Below are positions 1-7,749 of a stretch of DNA of 12,660 nt, in pieces. A program made the translations under genes and the position numbers. The stretch's first letter is position 1. The number at the start of each line of letters is the position of its first letter. The notes under the pieces are model-generated. The model was not told the DNA's origin. It was given only the letters and a program-made list of their open reading frames with translations, and did no database searches. This DNA comes from Abditibacteriaceae bacterium (GTDB lineage Bacteria > Armatimonadota > Abditibacteriia > Abditibacteriales > Abditibacteriaceae): NCBI GenBank assembly GCA_031372065.1, contig JANMKN010000074.1:1-12660 (forward strand). Direction: 5' to 3'.

Positions 1-468
1 CAAACCGAAATTGAAAACGCTGCCGAAGACGAGATTGTCGCCGCCATTCATCGCATTCATACCGGCGTGCGGCGCACTTTTTCCAAGAGTCGCGCCCAGC
101 AACGGCGCTATTTCATCGGCACCAACATCGAAGCCAACGAAGACGATTTGACCACTATTGCCGCGACGATTTTGCAATTGTTGGAAACCGACACTCTCAA
201 AGGCGTTGGCCCCACGCAAATTACGCGCTTGACCAACGCACTGCAAGCTTGGAAAAACGCCCATAATGCGCGCGGCGGGCAAAGCATCACTACCGCGCAA
301 GACCGTAAAAACGGTTTAGCGATATTAGCAGTCGTCGGCGATTTGCGCCGCGATATTCAATTCGCCGCTGATGGCATCTGGCCTTATACCAACCCGGCCA
401 ACATTCCGGCCCGCCGCGCTTTCCATTTGCCTGAACACCGGCCCTTTGTCGTGGCGCCGTCTGGCTAA
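1..468 (+). CDS. Hypothetical, probably alpha-helical protein (5'-truncated by the window edge)
   Basis: Frame 1 is open from base 1 (QTEIENAAEDEIVAAIHRIHTGVRRTFSK...) to TAA at 466-468, with protein-like amphipathic composition. No recognisable family motif. Confidence 0.8.
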   Translation, partial: QTEIENAAEDEIVAAIHRIHTGVRRTFSKSRAQQRRYFIGTNIEANEDDLTTIAATILQLLETDTLKGVGPTQITRLTNALQAWKNAHNARGGQSITTAQDRKNGLAILAVVGDLRRDIQFAADGIWPYTNPANIPARRAFHLPEHRPFVVAPSG

Positions 469-475
469 ATAGTCC

Positions 476-813
476 GTAGTCTTGCAAAAGCGGGGCTTGC
501 GCCCAATGGCATGGAGTTAGTGAAAGAAGAGCGTAATTCCTCCCCCTTTGGGCGGGTGCCCGCTTGCGGGCAGGATTAGGTGGGGTTTGGCTTTCACACC
601 GGTTGAAACCGGCGTCTGTAGAGGCAAAGCCTGCCTTCGCAGGCTCAAAACCTCAATTTTTAGGCCACGAAGGTGGCCTTGGCTCTTGCAGAGACCGGTT
701 TCAACCGGTCTGACTTCAAACCCGCCCATCTGTCAAAGTTGGAGGAACTACGCCCTTGAAACTCCTAACTCCATGCCATTGGGCGCAAGCCCCGCTTTTG
801 CAAGAGGAACTAC
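476..813. repeat. Nested palindromic non-autonomous element (MITE/REPIN-like) with perfect 41-bp terminal inverted repeats
   Basis: 480-520 (tcttgcaaaagcggggcttgcgcccaatggcatggagttag) is the exact reverse complement of 765-805. Inner inverted repeats lie at 531-543/741-753 (1 mismatch) and 598-612/695-709 (perfect). Internal hairpins at 557-572, 628-645 and 662-679. Both outer ends read GTAG inward. Confidence 0.85.
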
Positions 814-915
814 TCAAGGACAGTGCGGCTCGCTATCTGTAGCTTTCATTGGTTATCTACTGTCGCATTTGTGATAATTTCGCCGCATTCGCCAGCCCGC
901 GCTCCAATTTGCCCC

Positions 916-944
916 TTGCCGCAATGCGCAAATTCAGCTATCTT
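916..944 (+). promoter_or_regulatory. Putative sigma70 promoter for tRNA-His
   Basis: TTGCCG (916-921), 17-bp spacer, TATCTT (939-944), about 40 bp upstream of the tRNA. An alternative is TTGCGT/CATAAT at 951-977. Confidence 0.4.
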
Positions 945-981
945 TTTTCTTTGCGTTTGAAACAAATTACGCATAATACAT

Positions 982-1059
982 GGCGGGTATAGCTCAGTTG
1001 GTTAGAGCGCCAGATTGTGACTCTGGAGGTCATGGGTTCAAGTCCCATTATTCGCCCCA
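982..1059 (+). tRNA. tRNA-His (GUG) with encoded G-1 and CCA
   Basis: Acceptor stem GCGGGTA/TATTCGC, D arm GCTC..GAGC, anticodon arm CCAGA-TTGTGAC-TCTGG (GTG at 1017-1019), T loop TTCAAGT, discriminator C1056 opposite G-1 (982), CCA at 1057-1059. Confidence 0.97.
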
Positions 1060-1069
1060 TCAATAAAAT

Positions 1070-1107
1070 AAAAAGCCCGCTGCGATTTTCATCGTAGCGG
1101 GCTTTTT
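1070..1107. terminator. Bidirectional intrinsic terminator between tRNA-His and the ATP-grasp gene
   Basis: aaaaagcccgctgcgat-tttc-atcgtagcgggcttttt hairpin with A and T tracts, between convergent genes. Confidence 0.9.
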
Positions 1108-1987
1108 ATTGTTCTATTTGCGCGATGCGATGCCACAATGGTAAAAGCGGAATTTGGCTGACTCCTGAAAATTGTGGGTCGCCCGTTTCGATGACAAGCC
1201 AGCGCAAATCTTCGGTCTGACCAATGTCAACGGCGATTAAAGGCGCGTCAAGGCGCAGGGCAGCTTTTTTCGCTAATGCTTCAACAGTTGCACGTTCTTC
1301 GCTATTCAAAACCTGTAACGGATCATTACCTTCCCAATAATAACCGCTTCCTAAAACTGCGCCGCGATGCAGGAACACGCGAAACTCGCGGCCCAACGGG
1401 AAATCGTTATGCGTTCTTGTGTGGCGCAACTTCAAAAGTTCGCGCACTAAAACGCGGCCTCGTGAGCGTTTTTCTAATTCGAGAAGTTGTGCCACTAAAA
1501 CTCGTAGTTCATCTTCGTTTTCAGCAACACAGGCTTTCCAACCACGCGATTTTCGCGATTGCACCGCGCCTTTGACAAAAAGTGGCAAGCCTAATTTTTG
1601 CACGGCGTCATGGCATTGCTCGATCTTTGTAACGACCAAACTGCGCGGCGTTAAACCTTTAAGAAAGGGATACGCCAAGTCGAATTCCTGCACTAAGCGG
1701 TGCTGCACTGGTGAATTCAGTAGCACAATGTTTTTCGCGCGGGCCGCGTTGTAAATTGCTTCGTAACGGGCGAAATCAGGAATATAGCCAGTCCACCACG
1801 CTGGCGTAGGACGAGATTGCATTGGCACATGATATAAGGCGTTTTCTGCCGTGTCGCAGAGCGAAAAATCGGGCGGAATCGTATAAATCTGGCCTCCTGC
1901 AAGGCGCGCGGCGGCCATTGATGCTTGTAAATCGCGTGTGCTGGCCGAAGACGGCAATAGTTCGATGGCTTCTGCAAAAACAATCAT
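1106..1987 (-). CDS. ATP-grasp domain protein (R2K_3/DUF4343-like)
   Basis: ATP-grasp motifs LPLFVKG..SRK, REFRVF, and IAVDIG....WLVIETGD.QFSG. Start set at ATG 1987 (MIVFAE) because the ORF track's upstream extension runs through a terminator hairpin. Confidence 0.85.
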   Translation of the reverse strand: MIVFAEAIELLPSSASTRDLQASMAAARLAGGQIYTIPPDFSLCDTAENALYHVPMQSRPTPAWWTGYIPDFARYEAIYNAARAKNIVLLNSPVQHRLVQEFDLAYPFLKGLTPRSLVVTKIEQCHDAVQKLGLPLFVKGAVQSRKSRGWKACVAENEDELRVLVAQLLELEKRSRGRVLVRELLKLRHTRTHNDFPLGREFRVFLHRGAVLGSGYYWEGNDPLQVLNSEERATVEALAKKAALRLDAPLIAVDIGQTEDLRWLVIETGDPQFSGVSQIPLLPLWHRIAQIEQ

Positions 1988-1997
1988 AAGAAAACGA

Positions 1998-2035
1998 AAA
2001 AGGCGCTTTCCGGTTTGCACCGGAAAGCGCCTTTT
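1998..2035. terminator. Intrinsic terminator after the S41 peptidase gene
   Basis: aaaaggcgctttccggt-ttgc-accggaaagcgcctttt; a U-rich tail follows on the minus strand, 15 bp after the stop at 2051. Confidence 0.88.
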
Positions 2036-2050
2036 AAATGACTGAACAAC

Positions 2051-3442
2051 TCAATCGGTGCGGGCGGCGACGGTGGCTCCGGCAGTGGCGGTTTTTTCTT
2101 TGATAAGCGCGATGGCTTTTTGCAGTTGGTCGCCGCGTCCGGTGGTGTCGTCGTCCGTGGAGGCTTTGATGGTCACATCGGGCGAGATACCTTTGTCACT
2201 GATGTCGCGCTTGGCGGGCGTCAGATATTTGGCCGTTGTGATGACCAAGGCGCCGCCATTTTTCAGGTCAACCAAAACCTGCACGCTGGCTTTGCCATAC
2301 GAATGTTCGCCGACTACTGTTGCCAAACCTTTGTCTTTGAGCGCGCCGGTCACGATTTCGGCTGCTGAAGCGCTGTAATTGTTAATCAAAACAATGATTG
2401 GCATTTTCAGGTTGAGGAAACGGTTGGTTTCGGCGTCTAACGAGCGTTCCTGACCGGTGCGTTCGCGAGTGTAAACAATTGGGCCGCTTTTCACGAAACG
2501 GCTGCCGATGTCCACGGCCACGTCAAGCAAGCCGCCGGGATTGTTGCGCATATCGAAAACGATGCCTTTGGCCGGGCCATTGCCATCGGGGCCTTTTTGC
2601 GCTGTTTGCAGCGCTTTGGTCATTTCCGCATCGCTTTTCTTGTTGAATTCATCCAAACGAATCCACGCGATGCGATCTTGCAGCCATTCGAGTTTGACCG
2701 GATGCACTTCGATCACATCGCGCATCAGGGTGACTTCGAAGACTTTCCACGCGTTTTCGGCCTTGGGATTCTTTTCGGCGGTGCGGCGCTCAATTTTCAA
2801 CTTGACGGGCGTGCCGCGCACACCTTTGATAAAGGCCACTGTGGCATCCACGCTCATCTCAGCGGTGCTTTTGCCGTTGATTTCCAGAATAATGTCGTTT
2901 TTCTGCAAGTTGGCTTTCTGGGCGGGGCCACCATCCATCGGTTCGACAATATAAGGACGCGACGCGTTATAGGGTTTCGAGGCGGGGCTGCCGTAGTAGT
3001 CGTCTTTGATGTCAATGCGGGCGCCGATGCCGTCAAATTCTCCGCCAGTTTCTTCGTTAAATTTGGCGTATTCTTCGGGCGTCATAAAACGCGTAAAGCG
3101 ATCATTCAGTGAACGCAGCATTCCGCGAATGGCGCCATAAGTGACTTCGGTATCGTCCACTTCGGTTTTCACGAAGTTTTCTTTGATGGCGCGACGCACT
3201 TCTTCAAAGGTTTCATAAGGCCGCAAATCGGGCTTATAAGTTTTGGACGCGGCGGCGGCTTGTGTGCCAGCTAAACGGCTCACCGCAGTCAGCGACGCGG
3301 TTTTCAAAGAAGGCAACAGCCCATCGGAGGGGCCATTATGGTCGCGAAAAGCGTAGCCGCTGGCGAACGAAAAGCCGATAGCCATTAAAACCATCAGCAT
3401 TAGGCCTACTCTGGGGCGAGTGTGGGGGGTAGATTGATTCAT
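2051..3442 (-). CDS. ctpA: S41A carboxyl-terminal processing protease (PDZ + peptidase S41) with N-terminal membrane anchor
   Basis: PDZ GIGA loop, DMRNNPGGLL, catalytic Ser motif SASAAE and Lys motif GKASVQ, TTAKYLTP, GISPDV. ATG 3442 is preceded by GGAG, and a hydrophobic N-terminal segment follows. Confidence 0.93.
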   Translation of the reverse strand: MNQSTPHTRPRVGLMLMVLMAIGFSFASGYAFRDHNGPSDGLLPSLKTASLTAVSRLAGTQAAAASKTYKPDLRPYETFEEVRRAIKENFVKTEVDDTEVTYGAIRGMLRSLNDRFTRFMTPEEYAKFNEETGGEFDGIGARIDIKDDYYGSPASKPYNASRPYIVEPMDGGPAQKANLQKNDIILEINGKSTAEMSVDATVAFIKGVRGTPVKLKIERRTAEKNPKAENAWKVFEVTLMRDVIEVHPVKLEWLQDRIAWIRLDEFNKKSDAEMTKALQTAQKGPDGNGPAKGIVFDMRNNPGGLLDVAVDIGSRFVKSGPIVYTRERTGQERSLDAETNRFLNLKMPIIVLINNYSASAAEIVTGALKDKGLATVVGEHSYGKASVQVLVDLKNGGALVITTAKYLTPAKRDISDKGISPDVTIKASTDDDTTGRGDQLQKAIALIKEKTATAGATVAARTD

Positions 3443-3652
3443 GCCTGCTCCTGCAAATACCCCGACGGGTTCGAATTCGTTAGTCCGACCACGATCCGAC
3501 CTCAAACGGGGCGCAAATTACTCCAAATCTTAGCATTTACGGGGATTTTTGGATAGCAACGCCGCCACGATCCGAGTGCAAGTTGTAATGTCTGCTGTGT
3601 GGGCGCCTGCCAAAATCGACTTTCCGACGCGCCGCAAACGTTAGAGTTGCGC

Positions 3653-5077
3653 TCATTTACCCTTCAAATAAGGAGTGGGATTGACAGGCTTGCCATTTTT
3701 GCGCACTTCAAAGTGCAAATGCGGGCCAGTGCTCCAGCCCGTGGAGCCGACGTTGCCGATGTATTGACCGGCTTTAACAGCTTCTCCTGAATGCACGGAT
3801 AATTTGCTGGCGTGACCGTAAAGAGTCGCGACGCCATCGCCGTGATCTACGATAATCGTGTTGCCGTAAGCCTTTTTCCAACCTGCCCACAGCACTTTTC
3901 CATCGCGCGCCGCCCGAAAGGGCGTGCCGGTTGCTGCCGATAAATCATCGCCGGTGTGCAATTTCCGGCGATGCAAAACCGGATGATAGCGCATTCCAAA
4001 ACGCGAACTCAAACGCCCACGCACCGGCATCGCGTAACCGCCATTGCTGTGATTGTGTCCATCGTCATCAAGGCCGGACGAAGAAATGCTTTCGCGCAAT
4101 TTGCTGCTGCCCGAACTGGTTGAGCGCATCGTGTCGTAGTAGGCAATTTCTTTAATCGGCATCGGCGCCAGTGAACCGCCGGGGCCAAGCGGTGTTACGC
4201 GGCGTGCTTGGCGGCGCATACGCGAAGTGTTGGACGGTGATGAGAAGCGGCGGTAAGACTGGCTGGCAATGGCGCTGCGTCGCGCCGACAGCGAACCAAT
4301 CATGGATTCGATTTCCTGCGCCGATTGTTCTTGTGCTTCGGCATAAGCTAAAAGCGCGTAACGGTTGGAATTCAACTCGCGCAGCGTAGACTGCTGCGAG
4401 GCGGCGCTGCTGGCAATGCGCATTCGTTCGCGGTTGACAGCTTTGGCAAGGCGGGCGCGTTGTGACCACTCGGCCATAAGAACATTCTGGGCGCGCTGCA
4501 ATTCCTGCCGGTCATTTTTTAATTGATCTTGCAAATCCGCGTCGCGCCGCGCCACTGCGTTGAAATAATAAGCGCGCCGCGCTAAATCGTTCAGACTGCG
4601 CGCACTCAGCATCAATTGCAAGTAGCTAAGGCGTCCGGTGCGTTGCATCGCCGCCAAACGCTGGCCGAGCAGTTTGCGATGCGTTTCGTAACGCGCGGTA
4701 GCGATTTTTACCTGATGGCGCGTTTTTACGAGCTTATATTCGGTTTGATGCAACTGGCGCGAGAAGTTTTCATGCACTTCTGTCGCTTGCAATAAGGCGC
4801 GTTGCGTGTCTTCGAGGCGATCATAAATCGCCGCTTTTTGATGATTAATTTGTCCCGCTTGATAACGCGCGCTGGAAGCCGAATCTTGCCTGGCTTCGCG
4901 CTGGCCCCACAACGAACCAATGGCGTTTTTCAAGCGCGATAAAACACCCGCTTGGGCTGGCGTTTGCGAACTGGTCAAGGCCACCGCACCGACAACGGCC
5001 AAGGCCGCGATGCGGGAAGCATGAATTTTTGCGGAAGACGACGGTGCAGCGCGGAAAGAGGAAGCGGACAATCGCAT
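3653..5077 (-). CDS. Exported coiled-coil + M23 metallopeptidase (EnvC/MepM-like architecture, Zn ligands intact)
   Basis: Signal-like segment (RIAALAVVGAVALTSSQTPAQA), long coiled coil, C-terminal M23 domain with HTGDD (HxxxD), TLYGH and STGPHLHFEVR (HxH). Start uncertain; ATG 5077 chosen. Confidence 0.9.
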   Translation of the reverse strand: MRLSASSFRAAPSSSAKIHASRIAALAVVGAVALTSSQTPAQAGVLSRLKNAIGSLWGQREARQDSASSARYQAGQINHQKAAIYDRLEDTQRALLQATEVHENFSRQLHQTEYKLVKTRHQVKIATARYETHRKLLGQRLAAMQRTGRLSYLQLMLSARSLNDLARRAYYFNAVARRDADLQDQLKNDRQELQRAQNVLMAEWSQRARLAKAVNRERMRIASSAASQQSTLRELNSNRYALLAYAEAQEQSAQEIESMIGSLSARRSAIASQSYRRFSSPSNTSRMRRQARRVTPLGPGGSLAPMPIKEIAYYDTMRSTSSGSSKLRESISSSGLDDDGHNHSNGGYAMPVRGRLSSRFGMRYHPVLHRRKLHTGDDLSAATGTPFRAARDGKVLWAGWKKAYGNTIIVDHGDGVATLYGHASKLSVHSGEAVKAGQYIGNVGSTGWSTGPHLHFEVRKNGKPVNPTPYLKGK

Positions 5078-5270
5078 GATCAAAAAATTGGGCGAAGCCG
5101 GATTGGGCGCATGAAAAACGGCACAAGGCAAACAGCGCTTTACGACAGGCTTGTGAAATTGTCCTTTGATTTTAACGTATTGAACTGCGGGCGAAAATGC
5201 TTTTTCCTTAGATTTATCCCTAATTTTCTGCCGCCTAAGGATAAATTCGCAAGGAATTAGGCCCAACGTG

Positions 5271-5300
5271 TTGACAATCGTGTAAATTCGCGTCTACAAT
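5271..5300 (+). promoter_or_regulatory. Sigma70 promoter for the riboswitch-SPFH transcript
   Basis: TTGACA (5271-5276), 18-bp spacer, TACAAT (5295-5300), ending about 13 bp before the aptamer. Confidence 0.75.
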
Positions 5301-5313
5301 TGTGTTGTTGCTC

Positions 5314-5458
5314 CGCCAAGGGGAGTAGCGGCCAAATCAAATTTGGTGAGCGGATTCGTCAAGACGGTCAAGAAAAGTGCATTTCTGGCCCGGCTCCGCA
5401 CCCTGAATCATTCTTCGAGATTGTTTCTTCAAGTGAACTCAGGCGCAAGACCTTCGCG
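5314..5458 (+). ncRNA. yybP-ykoY (Mn2+-sensing) riboswitch aptamer
   Basis: Hallmarks: AAGGGGAGTAGC (5318-5329) with GCAAGACCTT (5445-5454) forming P1/L1, and L3 CGTCAAGAC with downstream CCGG. Four-way junction helices: P2 ccaaat/atttgg (5332-5346), P3 gcgga/tccgc (5350-5354/5395-5399), P4 cctga/tcagg (5402-5406/5439-5443). Confidence 0.88.
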
Positions 5459-5510
5459 TAGGATGAACACCTGTTCATCCCGTGATGAGGTCTTGCGCCT
5501 TTTTGTTTTT
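5441..5510 (+). terminator. Riboswitch expression-platform terminator, mutually exclusive with aptamer P1
   Basis: aggcgcaagacct (5441-5453) pairs perfectly with aggtcttgcgcct (5488-5500) and encloses hairpin 5461-5480. It is followed by ttttgttttt. The 5' arm is the aptamer's 3' strand. Confidence 0.85.
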
Positions 5511-5551
5511 CAGCGCCCAACCGAAAACGCGGAGCGAAAGGGAGAACTGCC

Positions 5552-5572
5552 ATGAATCGCGCCGTTTTGTAA
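5552..5572 (+). CDS. Possible leader micro-ORF MNRAVL
   Basis: AGGGAG Shine-Dalgarno at 5539-5544, 7 nt before ATG 5552; TAA at 5570-5572. Confidence 0.3.
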   Translation: MNRAVL

Positions 5573-5672
5573 TGCCAGATTGGTTTGCCACCGCCACTGG
5601 TAAAGATGTGGCCTGCCGTGTCTCTTCACATTCCCTCTTGAGTTCCGGCTGCGCCGGGAAAGGAAACAACTC

Positions 5673-6656
5673 ATGTTAGGACTGATTACTGCCGTTCTCA
5701 TCGCGCTGCTATTTTTCACAATGAGCGTGCGCTTCGATACAAAGAAAAATTCCATTGCAAACTCCAAGAATCCCTTGCAAGGCGCGATAAAAGTGCGGCG
5801 TCCCGGTTTGCTGGTGCTGGGAATTGGCCTCGCGCTTTCGGCCTTGCAATTCACCAATGCGTGTTACCTGAGCGTTCCGGCGGCGCACGTCGCGGCGGTT
5901 TACGACCCGTTGCGCGGCGGCGTGCAGCCGGTGCATTTGCCCGAAGGCTTCCACTTTGTCGCGCCGTGGTGGACAACGCAAGTTTTTCGCGTGCAAACGC
6001 AGGAATACACCATGAGTGGCATCCACAACGAAGGCGCCGTTATCGGCGACGATTCGATTACTTGCCAGACCAACGAAGGCTTGGGCTTGAATTTGGATGT
6101 GACGATTTTGTTTCACATCAGCCCAAAAGCAGTGAATGAGCTATGGCAAAACGTCGGCGGCGCGGCGGAATATCAAAGCATTTTAGTGCGGCCTTATGCG
6201 CGTAATGCGATTCGCATGGTCGTGGCGCGCTATTCGGTCATTGATGTTTATGGCGCACAACGCCAGAAAATCGAGCGCGAAATTTTTTCGGAAATCAAAG
6301 AAGCCTTCGCAGCCAAAGGTTTGGAACTGGAAAGCGTTTTGTTGCGCAACGTCGAGTTTGCCAATCCTGAATTCGCGCAGGCCATCACCGATAAACAAGT
6401 GGCGCAGCAACAAATCAACACCGAAGTGCAAAATCTCGAACGCGCCCGCATCGAAAAACAAACTACGGTGGCGCAGGCCAAGGGCGAAGCTACCGCGATT
6501 GCCAAGCGCGGCGCGACGCTGCGCCAAAATCCCGAAGTCGTGCAATTTGAAATGGTGCAGAAACTGGCGCCGCAAGTGCGTTCGCTGTATTTGTCGCCGG
6601 ATTTTGTGCCCGGATTGCCGCGCAATAGCTCCGGCGCCGGCAAAGGAGGCCGCTAA
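5673..6656 (+). CDS. SPFH/prohibitin family membrane protein (paralog 1)
   Basis: Two N-terminal hydrophobic segments, LPEGFHFVAPW, CQTNEGLGLNLDVTILF, GLELESVLLRNVEF, then a coiled coil ending AQAKGEA. AAGGA RBS upstream. Confidence 0.92.
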   Translation: MLGLITAVLIALLFFTMSVRFDTKKNSIANSKNPLQGAIKVRRPGLLVLGIGLALSALQFTNACYLSVPAAHVAAVYDPLRGGVQPVHLPEGFHFVAPWWTTQVFRVQTQEYTMSGIHNEGAVIGDDSITCQTNEGLGLNLDVTILFHISPKAVNELWQNVGGAAEYQSILVRPYARNAIRMVVARYSVIDVYGAQRQKIEREIFSEIKEAFAAKGLELESVLLRNVEFANPEFAQAITDKQVAQQQINTEVQNLERARIEKQTTVAQAKGEATAIAKRGATLRQNPEVVQFEMVQKLAPQVRSLYLSPDFVPGLPRNSSGAGKGGR

Positions 6657-6658
6657 CC

Positions 6659-7696
6659 ATGCGTGAAACTTTTTCGTTGTTACTTTTTTTCGTTATTATG
6701 GCCGTCGTGATTGGCTTTCGCGCCAGCGACGATGGTGAAAAGCGTCTGGCACGCCGTGCGCCCTTTGGCGCTCTTTTGGCGCTCGCGGTTTTGACCTTGT
6801 TGAGCCGCTGCTGGGTCGAAGTGGCGCCGGGCAATGTCTCGGTGCGTTTCAATCCGTTCGCGGGCGGCATCCAAAGCACGGAATTAAGCGAAGGCTGGCA
6901 TCTTATTTTGCCGTGGGAAACTGCGCATCCGTTTACGGTGCGCACGCAAGCCTACTCGATGACCGGCAAGCGCGATGAAGCAGGAACGGCTGTGGACGAT
7001 GCTATGCCTTGCCAGACCAGCGAAGGTTTGCGCATCAAAGTGGACGTGACCGTTTTGTTTCGCATCAGCGCGCAAGGTGCCGATCAATTGTGGCGCAGCG
7101 TCGGGCCGGATTACATCAACACCATTGTGCGTCCGTCGGCGCGCAATGTGGTGCGCCTTGTGGTAGCGCGCTATCCGATTATGGAGGTTTATTCCAACGC
7201 GCCGGCCAGCGTAAACGCGGCCAATGCCAACAAAGAAGGCATTTTGTCATTTCCCGGCAAACGGCAGGAAGTCGAAGACAAAATGTTCCTCGAACTCAAA
7301 CCCAAACTGGCCGAAAAAGGCATCGAACTGGAGAAAGTTCTCTTGCGTAATGTCACTTACGAATCGCCGGATTTCGAGAAATCCATTGTGCAAAAACAAG
7401 TCGCGCAGCAATCGGTGATGACGCAGCAATATCGCCTGCGCATCGCGCAAATTCAAGCGCAAGCGCAAATTGAGCGCGCCACCGGGCAAGCCGAAGCAAT
7501 TCGTTTGCGCGGCAGCGCTTTGCGACAAAACAGCGCCGTGACTGGCCTCGAATTTGTTCAAAAGCTGCCTGACAATGTGGAAGTGCGCATTTTGCCGGGT
7601 GGCACCATCACAATGTTACCCGCGCCGGAGAACGCGCCGGTAGTTTCACCGGCGCCGAAAAATGCACCAAACAGAGAAGAAAACGCCACGCAATAA
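6659..7696 (+). CDS. SPFH/prohibitin family membrane protein (paralog 2)
   Basis: Same motif series (LSEGWHLILPW, CQTSEGLRIKVDVTVLF, GIELEKVLLRNV, ATGQAEA). AAGGAGG RBS lies inside the end of the upstream gene, with a 2-bp gap between genes. Confidence 0.92.
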   Translation: MRETFSLLLFFVIMAVVIGFRASDDGEKRLARRAPFGALLALAVLTLLSRCWVEVAPGNVSVRFNPFAGGIQSTELSEGWHLILPWETAHPFTVRTQAYSMTGKRDEAGTAVDDAMPCQTSEGLRIKVDVTVLFRISAQGADQLWRSVGPDYINTIVRPSARNVVRLVVARYPIMEVYSNAPASVNAANANKEGILSFPGKRQEVEDKMFLELKPKLAEKGIELEKVLLRNVTYESPDFEKSIVQKQVAQQSVMTQQYRLRIAQIQAQAQIERATGQAEAIRLRGSALRQNSAVTGLEFVQKLPDNVEVRILPGGTITMLPAPENAPVVSPAPKNAPNREENATQ

Positions 7697-7749
7697 CCGC
7701 TTATTTGCGGTAATATGAAGGGCGAAAATTCTTCAGTGAAAGGACAAAA

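Noticed and set aside
517..874. ORFs 548..874 (+) and 517..729 (-)
   Set aside because: They lie across the palindromic element, mirror each other (PVETG) because of the DNA symmetry, and show no transposase motifs.
982..1107. Prophage or integrative element at tRNA-His
   Set aside because: No integrase and no duplicated tRNA 3' end (att site) were seen in the window.
3653..5077. Gene symbol envC
   Set aside because: The Zn ligands are intact and ftsEX context is absent, so orthology cannot be supported.
5200..5262. MntR/DtxR-type operator among short dyads (tttatcc/ggataaa, cctaatt/aattagg)
   Set aside because: The arms are only 7 bp in AT-rich DNA and do not match a consensus I can support.
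5530..5665. Cobalamin riboswitch suggested by gccactg, cctgcc and gggaa fragments
   Set aside because: The motif order and helices do not fit, and the B12-box context is missing.
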